Assembly (NCBI GenBank): GCA_013239625.1
Contig: MU053304.1
Coordinates: 2,976,001 to 3,040,000 of the forward strand
Source of the DNA: Lama guanicoe
Taxonomy: Eukaryota
Length of the DNA stretch: 64,000 nt
Direction of reading: 5' to 3'
Shown here: positions 24,301-36,300 of the stretch, in pieces
Layout of the letters: each line of letters begins with the position of its first letter
Position numbering within the stretch: position 1 is the first letter of the stretch
Notes under the pieces: model-generated
The model's input: the letters and a program-made list of their open reading frames with translations, nothing else
The model's database searches: none
What the model was told of the DNA's origin: nothing
Made by a program: the position numbers and the translations under genes

Positions 24301-27300
24301 CTCGATGTAGTAATCATTTTTCTGTGTATGTGTATATCAGAACATCATGTTGTATACCTTGCATGTACACAATTTAAAAAAGAAGTATCCTATGATTATT
24401 AAAAATTAGAAACCAAGAAGAGAAATAGACATACACATAGAAATAAATAAGTAGAGCACAGGGGATTTTAGGGCAGCAAAACTGCTCTGAGTGGCACCAT
24501 AATGGTGGATAGATGTCGTTAAACATTTGCCAACCCAGAGAATGTACAAAACCCGTGAGAATCCTAATGTAAACTATGAACTTTCCATGATAGTGATGTG
24601 TCAGTATAGGTTCGACAACTGTAGCAAATGCAGGTCTCTGTGGACATGTTGATAGTGGGGGAAGCTATGTGTGGGGCACAAGGCAGAGGGCACGCAGGAA
24701 ATCTCTTTACCTTCTGCTCAATTTTACTGCGAACCTTAAACAGCTCTAAAAAATAAAGCCTAATAAATTCTTTTAATAAATAAACACAGAACCTTACCAT
24801 GAGCCTGATTTATTAAGTGCAACATTTGTCAATGGCAGTATATGGGCTCTGAGAACCTTCAATGAGAGAAAACATTTATTTTAAACTCACAGTTGTTTGA
24901 TCCATTCATTTTAACTTCAAACCAATGAAAACATTCAAGTTTATCTTAATCATATGTAATAAATGGACAATATACAGCATCTGAACAAATGAGAAAAAAT
25001 ATATTTTAGTTTCTATTATTAAGACCAACAACACGTTTGGTAGTTACAAATAATTACAGAAACATAGTTGGATCTGTGTTTTCCACCAATTTGCCTTTAG
25101 ATAAATTATGGCTATAAGATACCAAATAGCACTAACTTACATTGTCTTTTACATATTGCTCATGGTTTTGTATATTTGCATAAACAGTGCTTATAGGAAA
25201 TAAACTCAATACATCTCAAGTACAGATTTACAATGCGTTATTCCTTTTTGAATCCTAAAGCTCCCTTGGAGTCAAGATATGTCTTGTTACTTATCTTTCC
25301 ATACCCATGTCTAGCACATAGGGGATGCTTAATATTTATTGAATAAATATACTTAAATCGGATAGTCTGTTTACAGACAGAGTAATTGGCTAGACTGGGA
25401 AAGCCCCAGTTTTTCTATTGCCTGAGTATAACTATTAATAGTGTTCCCTTCCACTATCAAAAATGTTCCCTTTGGAGGATAAAGTACAATATCATGCTAG
25501 TTATAGAGCTCACATTTGAAGTTAAATAGTGCCACCAGCTGGAAAAAGAAATAGTACAATAACCATCATCCCCAGAGTAAATTGAATGAATACAGAAAAT
25601 TGCTTTGATATTTTATATCAGACAGAATATGCTAAGTACATAAATAATAAGTACATTTAAGTCATAAAAAAGAAAATCCATGATGCAATTCTAGAATAAA
25701 TCATTAAATGTTAAATAACAAAGAAAAAAGGGGTTCTTGAAGTAATAAACACTTCTTATATTTTTTAAAATAATAAAATAAAATATATATTACATATAAA
25801 TAATGTAATATGATAATAATATAAAATACATTAAGTTTTAAAAATACTTGTTATATTTTAATTTAGTCACCAAAATTACAGAGAAAATAAGTTTTACATT
25901 GAATTTAAATTATTACTTAATCTATATCAATAAATAATTTACTTAAATATATTGTAGTTCACATGGAAGCAGAAAATTTGAAATATTGGTATATCACAAA
26001 ATAAGTCTTAATATTACTCTAACTGGAAAAAAATTTTACGTATTCAATAACTTAGAACTACTTTTATGGTTATCCTTTAGATTTATCATATAAAAAAGAG
26101 TTAATAGTACAAATCTTTATTGAGCCTCTCAACAAATAAATTTTGAATTTCATTCATTCATTCAATAAGCATTTATTAAGACTTAGTCTCAGCAAAAATG
26201 TGTGACGCACTGAGGTAAAGAGAAGACATGAACAGTATTTTACCTCAGATCAGTAAAGCAGTAAGTTATTCACTGAAGTTCCTCTAGTTAGTATTTTTAA
26301 AGCATGCTTTACCTTAAATAGGTAGAATTTGTGGTTGCTGTGCTGTTTGAGTTTACTCTGTAATCTCTGTATTAAAAGTTTGACTTGGTCTGATCGTGAA
26401 GCTGTGATTAGAGGTTCTGCTTTCTGTATCTCTTCTACTAAGGCGTTGACATCTGTACTGAAATGCACCAAAAGGAAAAGGTTTTTTTTTTCTGTGCCAA
26501 AAATTGCCTACACATTCATTACATGAAAGATTGCATTCCTTTACGAAACGCAATGTTTATAAAATGTCAACACCACCATCATCGTTACCAAGAGATTTCT
26601 GGGGAGAAAAATCACAGAAATCAAAAAGCACTGTGGCCCCGAAAAGCTGCCTGGTTTCCCTTGAAAGCCTTGCCATTCACTGAGACCTCTCCCAGGGGAG
26701 GTGTGCAAAGATTCTAATTTGCTTACCCGGGAAGGCCAAGTGCACACTGCTTCTGAACACGAGCTTTTTTTATCTGTATTTTCCTGTTTCTTTTTTCTTT
26801 AAATGAACATATATTAAGTGTGCCTGGTCCTACTGTATTTTTCACCTGATAGATGCTCTCTTATTTAATCCTGTAACAACCCTGTAATTTAATGCTTTTA
26901 TCATAACTATTTTGGGAATGAAGAAACTGAGGTTCAGAAAGGTTAGGTTTTCAGTGCTTTTAAAGAAAGAAACAGTACCTAACCAAAAATAAATATTCAA
27001 AGTATTATTATTATTATTATTATTAGCATTAGCATTAGCATTATTATTATTATGATTAATTTCTTCTGGGCTGTAACATTATTTCCCTGAAAGAGAACTG
27101 GTTTGAAAAGCACAGATGCAAGTTTTCCCCAGTATTCAGATAATCTACGGCAATTCTGGTAAATTGTGCTAGACTGATATATTAACTCAAGATAAATAAT
27201 GTCTGTATAGAGCAAATAATCCAAAATAGGTCATTTTGCAAAACACGTCACAAATTGAGAAAGAACTCGTGGCCCAGCTGGCTGACAGCCTCCAGATGCA

Positions 27301-30300
27301 GCTCCTTTGGGACCCAGCTCAGCACCTGCGCCCAGGGCTTGCTCTTGTCCAGGACCCTCAGCCCGGAGCTGAGCAAGGGGACCTCAGAGCCTGGCCCTTT
27401 CTGCCCCACAAGGGACCCGGCAAACCAGCCAGCTTCGTTGCGGAGCGTGGCTTTGGGCGGGCAGGGACTCTGCTGTCAAATCTACGTGGTCTTCACGGTT
27501 GACGGCTGCTCCTGCCTAACCCTGCCTCGTCCTTGGATCTGTCATGGGTGTCACTTCCCTATCACCATGGACCCACCTACTTCTGTCTCAGCATCTGCTT
27601 CCCAGAAACTCAAAGTCTGATAAGCGTCCTCCTCCTCTTCATGAACACACGTTCTCTGAGCTCCCGTTTTGTGCAAGGCGCTGAGCTAGGAGACCACTCA
27701 TGCAACTAGCATTTATTACCTGCCCTAGGTTAGGCCCTGGCCCCAGCTCTCAAGAAACACGGTCTATCGGAGTAACAGTGAATATTGGGAATGGAAACAA
27801 ATCAGACATAGTTCATAATGATGACTCTGATAAACACTGAGAGTCAATTGTCAGAAAGGTTTTAGCTTCATAAGAATTAGAAAGATAATAATGCCCCTTG
27901 GAAAGGTTTCCAACAAATGTTATGAATCAAAATAGATTTACTGGTTGTACCACAGCACAGGGAACTTTACTCAATATCTTGTAGTAACCTATAACTAAAA
28001 AGAATATGAAAATAAATACATGTATGTATATGCATAACTGAATCACTATGCTGTACACCAGAAATTGACACAACACTGTAAACTGACTATATTTCAATTT
28101 AAAAAAAATTCCTAGCAAGAGCCAAATTAACCAGATATTTAATCCACGCTAATCCTGCCTTACTCTGTTATTTTCCAATACAGTAATTCCGCATGTTATA
28201 TATAATACAAGAGTTTTTTTTTTCTTTTGGCAAAATACTTTTGGATTCTTGGCCAGAACTAGAAATAAGATCCATCCGTTGAGACTTTTTTTTTTCAACT
28301 TTAAGACATTTATTCACTGCACAGGATGCCTATGGCATCAAACTTTGGTCACAGTGTTAATTGCTCCTGATTTCCCAGCCCCACAAGCCCACTTTGAAGT
28401 GACTGAAGGATCCATACTTTGTAAGTAAAAAAATTCTGTGTTTTTGAAAGTCATACTTTCATACCGAAGTCTATCTGTGCCACTCATATGATGTTCTACT
28501 CTGTACAAGTTGTTTCTCAAAGACAGTAAGCCCACTGAGGCACGATATACGATTGGTATCTTTATAGCCTCTCATAGACTCTAACCTAGAGATTTCCATG
28601 CCAAGTACATCACTGCTGACTACATAAATGAATGTCTAACAAAGGAACTTTCTGCACGCTGGCATAATCACACAAGTCAGTAATGTGTTCTATTTATAAA
28701 AATAACAAAAAGATTGATTGGCTCTCAGGTCTTGCCTTCCTTGAAAACTGCTCAAATAAGAAATGGTGTAGATAAAACTCAAAGATATTATCTATGCCAC
28801 TATATTTTCTTTGATTTAAAAAAAATGCCTATTGAGGACCTTTTTCTACACCAGGCATCTGGAATAAGCCTTGGACTCTAACTAAGCCATCACCTTCGAG
28901 CCATCCTTTGTCCCCCCCTAAGACAAGTGTTCCCCTTAAACTCCAAGCCTCCTGAGTGGCAGCAGATCTCACCAGCCATCAGGCACCAGAGAGCAGCCCA
29001 TGTTTAATTTTGGTTACGTGAGAGGTCCCTTTGCTGATGGTCTCCGTTCCCCTTCCTACGAATCATGACAAAGTAAAAGGACAGTCACGGTGGAAAATTG
29101 CCAGTGCCTCTGGGCCACACTCTGAAACACATATCGCAATATTTTTACTGTTATTGTTCCTCACCCACTGAGAATAGCTTCACCTTATCTGAACTTGAGC
29201 TCAGATATAATCTAGAACAGGTAAAATCAGTCTCACTCTGTCTCTTTATGTGAAGTTTTGCATAAGTTTTTCTAAAGGGAGTGAATTCGGAACAACATGA
29301 TCTCACAAGGAGATTTCTTCTGGGTGCACACCAAGCTTCGGAGACAAAGATTTGGTCGCCCCAACTCTGCTCCCTGACAATTAATGTGGAAGATCGGATG
29401 CGGTCAGCCTTGTGAAATGTTTATCTACTAAGAAAATAGTAGGCTTGGGAATGTTCTTAAAATTCAATAACCAGGACTTTTCAAAAGTGTTAGTCATCAA
29501 AAATAAGGAACGTCCGAGAAAGTCACAACCACAGGGAGCCTAAGGAGACTCATGACTAAGTGTTACGTGGTATCCTGGTTAGGATCTTGGGAGAGAAAAA
29601 GAATGGGGAAAAAACTAAGGAAAACTGCATACAATACTGTCTTTTGCTAACAATAATAGATCAATACTGGTTCATTAATTGTGACAAGTGTACCGTCCTA
29701 ATTAAGATGTTAATAATAAGGGAAACTGTCTACGGGGTACATGGGCACTCTTTCTTCACAACTTTCCTAAAATTATTCTAAACTAATAGGTTTATTTTTG
29801 TAAATAAGGTTGGTTTGGGAAGAAGAAAAGAAAGATTAATGATCCTTTTTCCACCTCCTCCTCATTCAGCAAGATACTCAAGTAAAGGTCACTGAAACAA
29901 ATAGGAAGTAATACACCATGGACCAATATTTTTTTCTTTTCTTTTTTGTTTTCAGTAAATGTGTTGTCTTCAGATTACACAGCTTGTCCATACATCATCC
30001 TGTGTCAGGGTTTCCCAGCAACGATCTTGGATAGGAAGTACATGTTGCATCTACAGCCAGCTTACCTGGGATCAAGATCAAGCAGATCTATGGATTTGGT
30101 CTTTAATTCTCCACTGTTTTCATATTCCAACATAATTCCTAAGAAACAAACAAATATGTTATAAAACACTTATGATGGCAGCCTGTGCCTAAAGTTAGCC
30201 TACTTTGACAGATTTTTCATTCTCTTTTTTCCAGTTTTTTAAATTTTTCAACCTAAAACACATGCAGGGACGTCTGATTTCAAAACAAGATTGCGGAGAC

Positions 30301-33300
30301 CTATTATCCCTTGATCCGTCCTCTAAGTACAACTAAAAACACGTGACATTATTCTATAATGCCAGAGTAACTGCAAGTTGAACAGAAGACGGTGGATGGC
30401 TAGAGGCCTCAGTATTTGAGCAATGACAACATGGTGAGCTCCCCAAATTATCTTATTTCCCATCCACCCCCAACACTGGGGGCCAGAAGGACTTGCAGCC
30501 TAGAACCACCAAAAAGTGTAGATAACAAAATCAAAAACAACAACAAAAAGCTTGCTCTCTGTGGCCAAAGGATCAGGAAAATAGAAGTCAAACAAAGTGC
30601 TAGTGGGGAGCCCTCAACTCTGCTCCACCATGGGGGCCCCTGCTGGCAGTCCCAACCACCCGTGGAAGCCCTGGGCTGCCCCAGTCCCCACTGCAAAGCT
30701 GGGCCCCAGCGCGGTCTCATCTGCCCGCAGCAGCCACAGCAGCAAAGCCCCACACCATCTCAACTCCTGCTCCTGTGTCCCGGGGGGCCATCTCATCTGC
30801 CTGTGGCAGCAGCAGCGAAGTCCCAGGACCTCCCAGACCCCATTCCACAACAAGGTACCAAAGCAGTGGCTCCCTGACTTTCAACCAGCAGCAAACCAAG
30901 CCCCGGGCTTGTCCTCCACCCCTGAAAGGTCACAAAGTGAGAGCAGGCACACTGGGGACATACCTTCTGCCCCTGCAGATGGCACCAGCAAAGACTAAGC
31001 CAGAGACTTGCTAAGACAAAGCAAAGCAGGAGTCAGACCAGGAAAACAAACCAGACCAGAACAACACTGCAAAGGCTCAGAAAACTCAAGTGTCACTGTA
31101 ACTAAAGCCCACAAAAGCAGAACAACACTATGTGCTAAATCTAAACATAGTAAAATATAAAATAAAATGTTTATATAAAAAATTAAATGTTTATATAAAA
31201 CAAACATGCCAAAATAGATTTAGGTAGAGTCAAGGGTCTCCAGGATACAATAAAAAGTCACTCATTATTTCAACAACTGTGAAAAGATAGTTAATAAACC
31301 CCCAAACCCAAGATACAATAAAAAAATTAAATTACCCATCACACCAAGAACCAGAGAAAGACAATCAATAAATGCCAATATGGAGATGAATCAGATCCTG
31401 GAATTATCTGGCAAGGATTTTAAAGGCAGTATCATGAAAATGCTCCAGCAGTCATTGACAAATTCACTTGAAACAAACGAAAAATCTTAGAAAACAAATA
31501 GAAGATATTAAAACAAATTATGGGAATTATGGAATTACAAAAAATACAGTAACTAAAATGAGAAACTTGCTGAGAAGGTTCAATAGTAGAGTGAAGATGA
31601 TGAAGGACAGAATCGGTGAACTTGAAAACAAATTAATAGAATATATTCAGTCTGAACAACAGAGAGATAATAGACTGAAAAAAATTGAACAGAGCCTTTA
31701 TTGTAACACATCTAGGGATATGCTCTGGGCTCTCCCAGTCCCCAACACAAAGCTGGAAAGTGGAACTGAAATGTTTTGGCCTCAGGACCACTTTATATTT
31801 TTTAAATTATTGAGAATTTTGATTTTTCTAACATTTTCCACATTAAAATTGAGAAATTTTAAAAAACAATTATTAAAATGTTTTAAATAGCAATAGTAAA
31901 TTCATAGCATGTTAACACAAATAGCATATTTTATAGAAATAACTATATTCCCACCACCAAGAAAAGGGTGAAGGGTAACACTTTTGTAAATCTCTTTAAT
32001 ATCTGACTTAACTAAAGACAGCTGGATTCTCATCTCCACTCCTGCATTTAAGCTGCTGCTGTAGGATGTTTTAAATTAAGTATAAGAAAAAATCTGGGCA
32101 TACACAGATAAGTTGTTAGAAAATGGAGGAATATTTAAATTGGCTTTTTGTGTAAATTAGGATATTCTTCTCTGATACTACATTACAACTCAACAAATGG
32201 TAATTTTATAAAGATTGGTTGCAATTCAGAATCTAAAACCACATCAATGAACTGTTACATTAAAATCTATCGGTCTGTCTCACACTTCAATTGATCTTTT
32301 ACCACGTGCGATTCACAACATCATGCTTGATACTTGAAAAATACTAGTTTATTGAGTTCTAAATGTGGACGTATTTCATCACACAGTCTCAAAAAATCAC
32401 ATTTGTTAATATCTCTGTCAATAGCTATCATCAGAAAACTGTTTTGCTGTTGATAAGCTGTTAAGCTTATGATGTTAGATACAAATTTTCTGAAGTTCTA
32501 ATTTTTGCTTTGAAAGGTCAAATTTTATCACTGGCAAGAAACAGTGACAGTTTTGCTTGGACATTTCAGGCTCACTTTGTTCATTTTCAAGAAAATGTCT
32601 GCCTAATGTCCAAGTCTGAAAGCCATGTTTGTTTCTCAGTCTTTCAGGTGAAAATGATGTTCCGGGAAAGGAGAAATGGCGAGCTCATCTTTCAGCTCAA
32701 ACAGCTGCACGAGCACTTTGCTCAAGTTAACGCTTGTACATCACTGTGCAGCAAGAGTGCTTGTAAGGACTTTTCTACTTCATCACCCAGAACACGAGTA
32801 CTCACATGTCAGTGGTTCAGTACATTAATAATTTGTATTGCTCCACCAAGGACATTCTTAAGTAAAACTGAGGATCTAGGGGGGAGGGGGTTGTTTGTTT
32901 GTTTGATTTTCCTACTGCAAGTGTGTCAGTGAAGAATACAGTGGCCACTGTTAGAGTTTGGTGCCATTGCTTTATTTATACGAAGGTACCAGCAGTTTCA
33001 CCTTCCATTGCTTTTGCACCACTAGTGCAAATACCTATACAGTGAAAAAAGCAAATATCTAGTGTTATTATAAAAAGAGATTTGACAATGAAAGAGATCC
33101 TCTTACACTTTGAGAATCACCGTAACTGACCATAATTTGACCTAACAGATATGATTCCAGCAGCAATACAGATGGAGGGTGAATAGGAAATTCTATCTAA
33201 ACACTGTATTTACTTTTCAAAAGCATTGAAACATTGAGACAGAATGTAGCAGAGTCAAAAAGGCATGTACTTGGCATCAAACAGATCCAAGTCCAGTTCC

Positions 33301-36300
33301 AGCTCAATTTCTTACTAATTTCATGATACTAGTAAAGCAATCTCTTTATGTCTCAGTTTTCTCATCTGTGAATCACACCTTCAGTTCACTGGTTAGGATT
33401 AAATAACATGTATATAAAGCACTTGGCATACAGTATGTCTTACTGAATAGTGCTTATTATACAGTATCAAATACTACCTTGTCACGTCATCTACATGGCT
33501 ACCTTGTATTACCTAAATTGCATTGATGCCTTTTCTCCCCAGTGAGATTGTAACATATTTGGGAGAAGAAAACATGTTTATTTAATACTCCTAGGAGGAA
33601 CTTCCTCAGAACGAGTCATGATGATTTATGCATGTAGTAGGGACATGATTTGGCCAAGTTCAAGTACCAAACAGTACTGTCAAATGGATGAGACTTACAC
33701 CTTCCCCTCTCTGGCTTCCATTTCTCCTTCAATTTTCTCTCCTAGCAATAACTGATTCATTAGACTGTGTGTTCCTGAGTCTGTCTTCTCCTTATCCCTA
33801 GGGTCTACCACAAAATACGGTACCCGGGAAATGTTCAGATAGTGTTCACTGACTACACAAACTAACTGGCAGATGATCTGATGAGTGTCCCCAGGCTGGT
33901 GCAGTTGACATTGCTTGGTGCGGTTGACAATCCCCATCTTGATAGCACATGTCCTTTCAGAAAAAATCAACACCGTGAACAACTCCCTCCTTCCTCAGAC
34001 ACTACCTGCAATAGGCTTTAGTGAAATTTCTGTCTTTTTCTCCACTTTGTTACTTTTCATTCTCCTTTACTGGTGCCTCCTCTTCTGCCTGATCTTTAAA
34101 TACTGATGGTCTTTAGGGCTCAGATCTAGGAATTCTTCTCTTCTTACTTTCCTTTTTGTCTATATAAATTCACCCAAACCCATGGCTTTAACTGTCATCG
34201 ATGTACCAACAATGACCAATTGTTAACTCTTTAGTCTGGACTTCCAGTTCCAGTCATGTAGATGTCTCTCTTGCACTTCAATCCGGTTCCAGATCTGATC
34301 CCTTCAGTCCTGCTTCTCCTCTAGTTTCTTTCTCAGTGTGCAAGTGAAGAAAAGGTCACATTTATAATTGATTTATAAATATAAAATGAACAATAAATGT
34401 GTAAGACCTAGATATACTATTGGATATAAGAGAAAATTGTGGTAAGTGCAGAGACACACTTCTGGATGAGAAAATTCAACATTGTGAAGATGGCAAATTA
34501 ATCTATGGAATTAGAGTCATTACAATGATTTTCTTTTTGGGAATTTGAAAATTTACCAAATATTATAAAAAGTCAAAAACAATAAAGTGTGACCCTGATA
34601 CAAAATTAGATCAATATAATAGAATCACTTATGTATGGAAAATTTAAAATAAAGTGAAGATAAAATTTCAAATTAATGGGGAAATAATGAATTTTTCAAT
34701 AAATAACAATGTAAAAATTAGTTGGATTTTAGAAATATTAATAAGATTGGATTTCTACCATACAATGAACAAAAATATATTCCAGGTTGATTAGACATTT
34801 TTATATTTAAAATAAAATATAAAATGGTCTAAATAATAGAAGATATTTAAATCTTAGTGTCTATAATTGGCCTTTTAAGCATGATATGAAACTCAACAGC
34901 TAAAAAAGACAAAATTGATGAATTTCCCTGAAATAAATTTTAAGCTTCTACACAGTGAAAGATACCACAAAGTTAAAGATAAATGATAATCAGCAAAAAA
35001 AGTCAACTATAAATACAAAGCTTAAAGAACTTAATATTTTAAAAACACTAAAAATGATTTTAAGAAAATGAACAATGAACAAAAGGCATGAATAGTCAAT
35101 TTGCAAAGAAAGAAAGACAAGGATCAATAAACAGACTAAAACAAAGTGTTCCCAATGTTATCAATAAGAAATACAAAATAAAATAACAGGTACGGATTTT
35201 ACCCATTAGATTAGCAAAAGTTACAAAGGCAGATAACACTCAATATTAGCAAGGCTGAGCAAACGGGCATTCTCAAATACTGCTGGTGGATACATTGGGG
35301 GAGGGTCCTTCCAAGGGGCACTCACACCGTCAGTGGGCTGAGGGTGATCTTAGGTATCCCTTGATGAATTTTTCAAAATTTGGTTATAAGTAGACACTAT
35401 TTCTATAATAAAAAAGTAAGAGGAAAAAAAGAACATGGAGGAAATGGAGGAAAGGATAAGAGACCAACATTCTTAGACTATAAACTCTTGAAGATCAAGA
35501 GCCCCATAAGGTTACTTGAAAACTCAAGAACTTTCATGTACTTTTTCAGTGCCTTGAAACATACAAAGTTTCTATCAATTCAAGATAGTGTTATCATCAA
35601 GCTCTATTTCTTTCCTGTTCTGGAGTTTTAGGGGTTTTGCATTTTATATAAGGATGCTCATGGACTGCATATTATTGAGAAAAGTAGACATTCAATGTAT
35701 AGTTGAGTAAATAAATAATGTAGACATTAAGTAATATTATCATAATCCTTAACTCAGGGAAAGGTTGGAAAGAATTAGTGACAGCTCACACAGCATAATC
35801 TAATTTCCTGAACACATGCATTTTGAAAATCAGCAAACAGAGTTAACAAAATTCTGCTTTCCTTATTCACAATTATCTTGTTTTTAATAAAATGAAAAAT
35901 GTTAAAACCCCTATGGTCAACTGCTAAAAATTGGTGGGGTTGCTGTACAAACAGATCTAGAAAATAAAGCACAAAATCTGAAACATGAACATTTACTTGA
36001 CTGCTTCATGGTGACCAGACGTGGAGGCAATATACTCACCGAGCTCCAAGATGAACAAGAGGCTGTGACGTGTGCAGTGAGGAACACAAGCAGAAAACAG
36101 ACAGAGATGCTCCCAGGAATGCATGTTGCTTTTCAGTGATTGCTTCCCACAGTATCTTAATATTCTTGACCTACCCCTGGCTGTGAACTATTATGCAACA
36201 GGTGTGATTCCCAGAACACGTAAGTAAGAAGCCACTACCCCAAACATTTTGCAATGTACTAAGAGGCTAAGCTTCAAAAGATAGTTGTATTCCTTATCCA

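Noticed and set aside
27236..27620. GC-rich ORFs in intron 2 as a possible retrocopy
   Set aside because: No recognisable protein similarity, poly-A tail or TSD; a BLAST search would be needed
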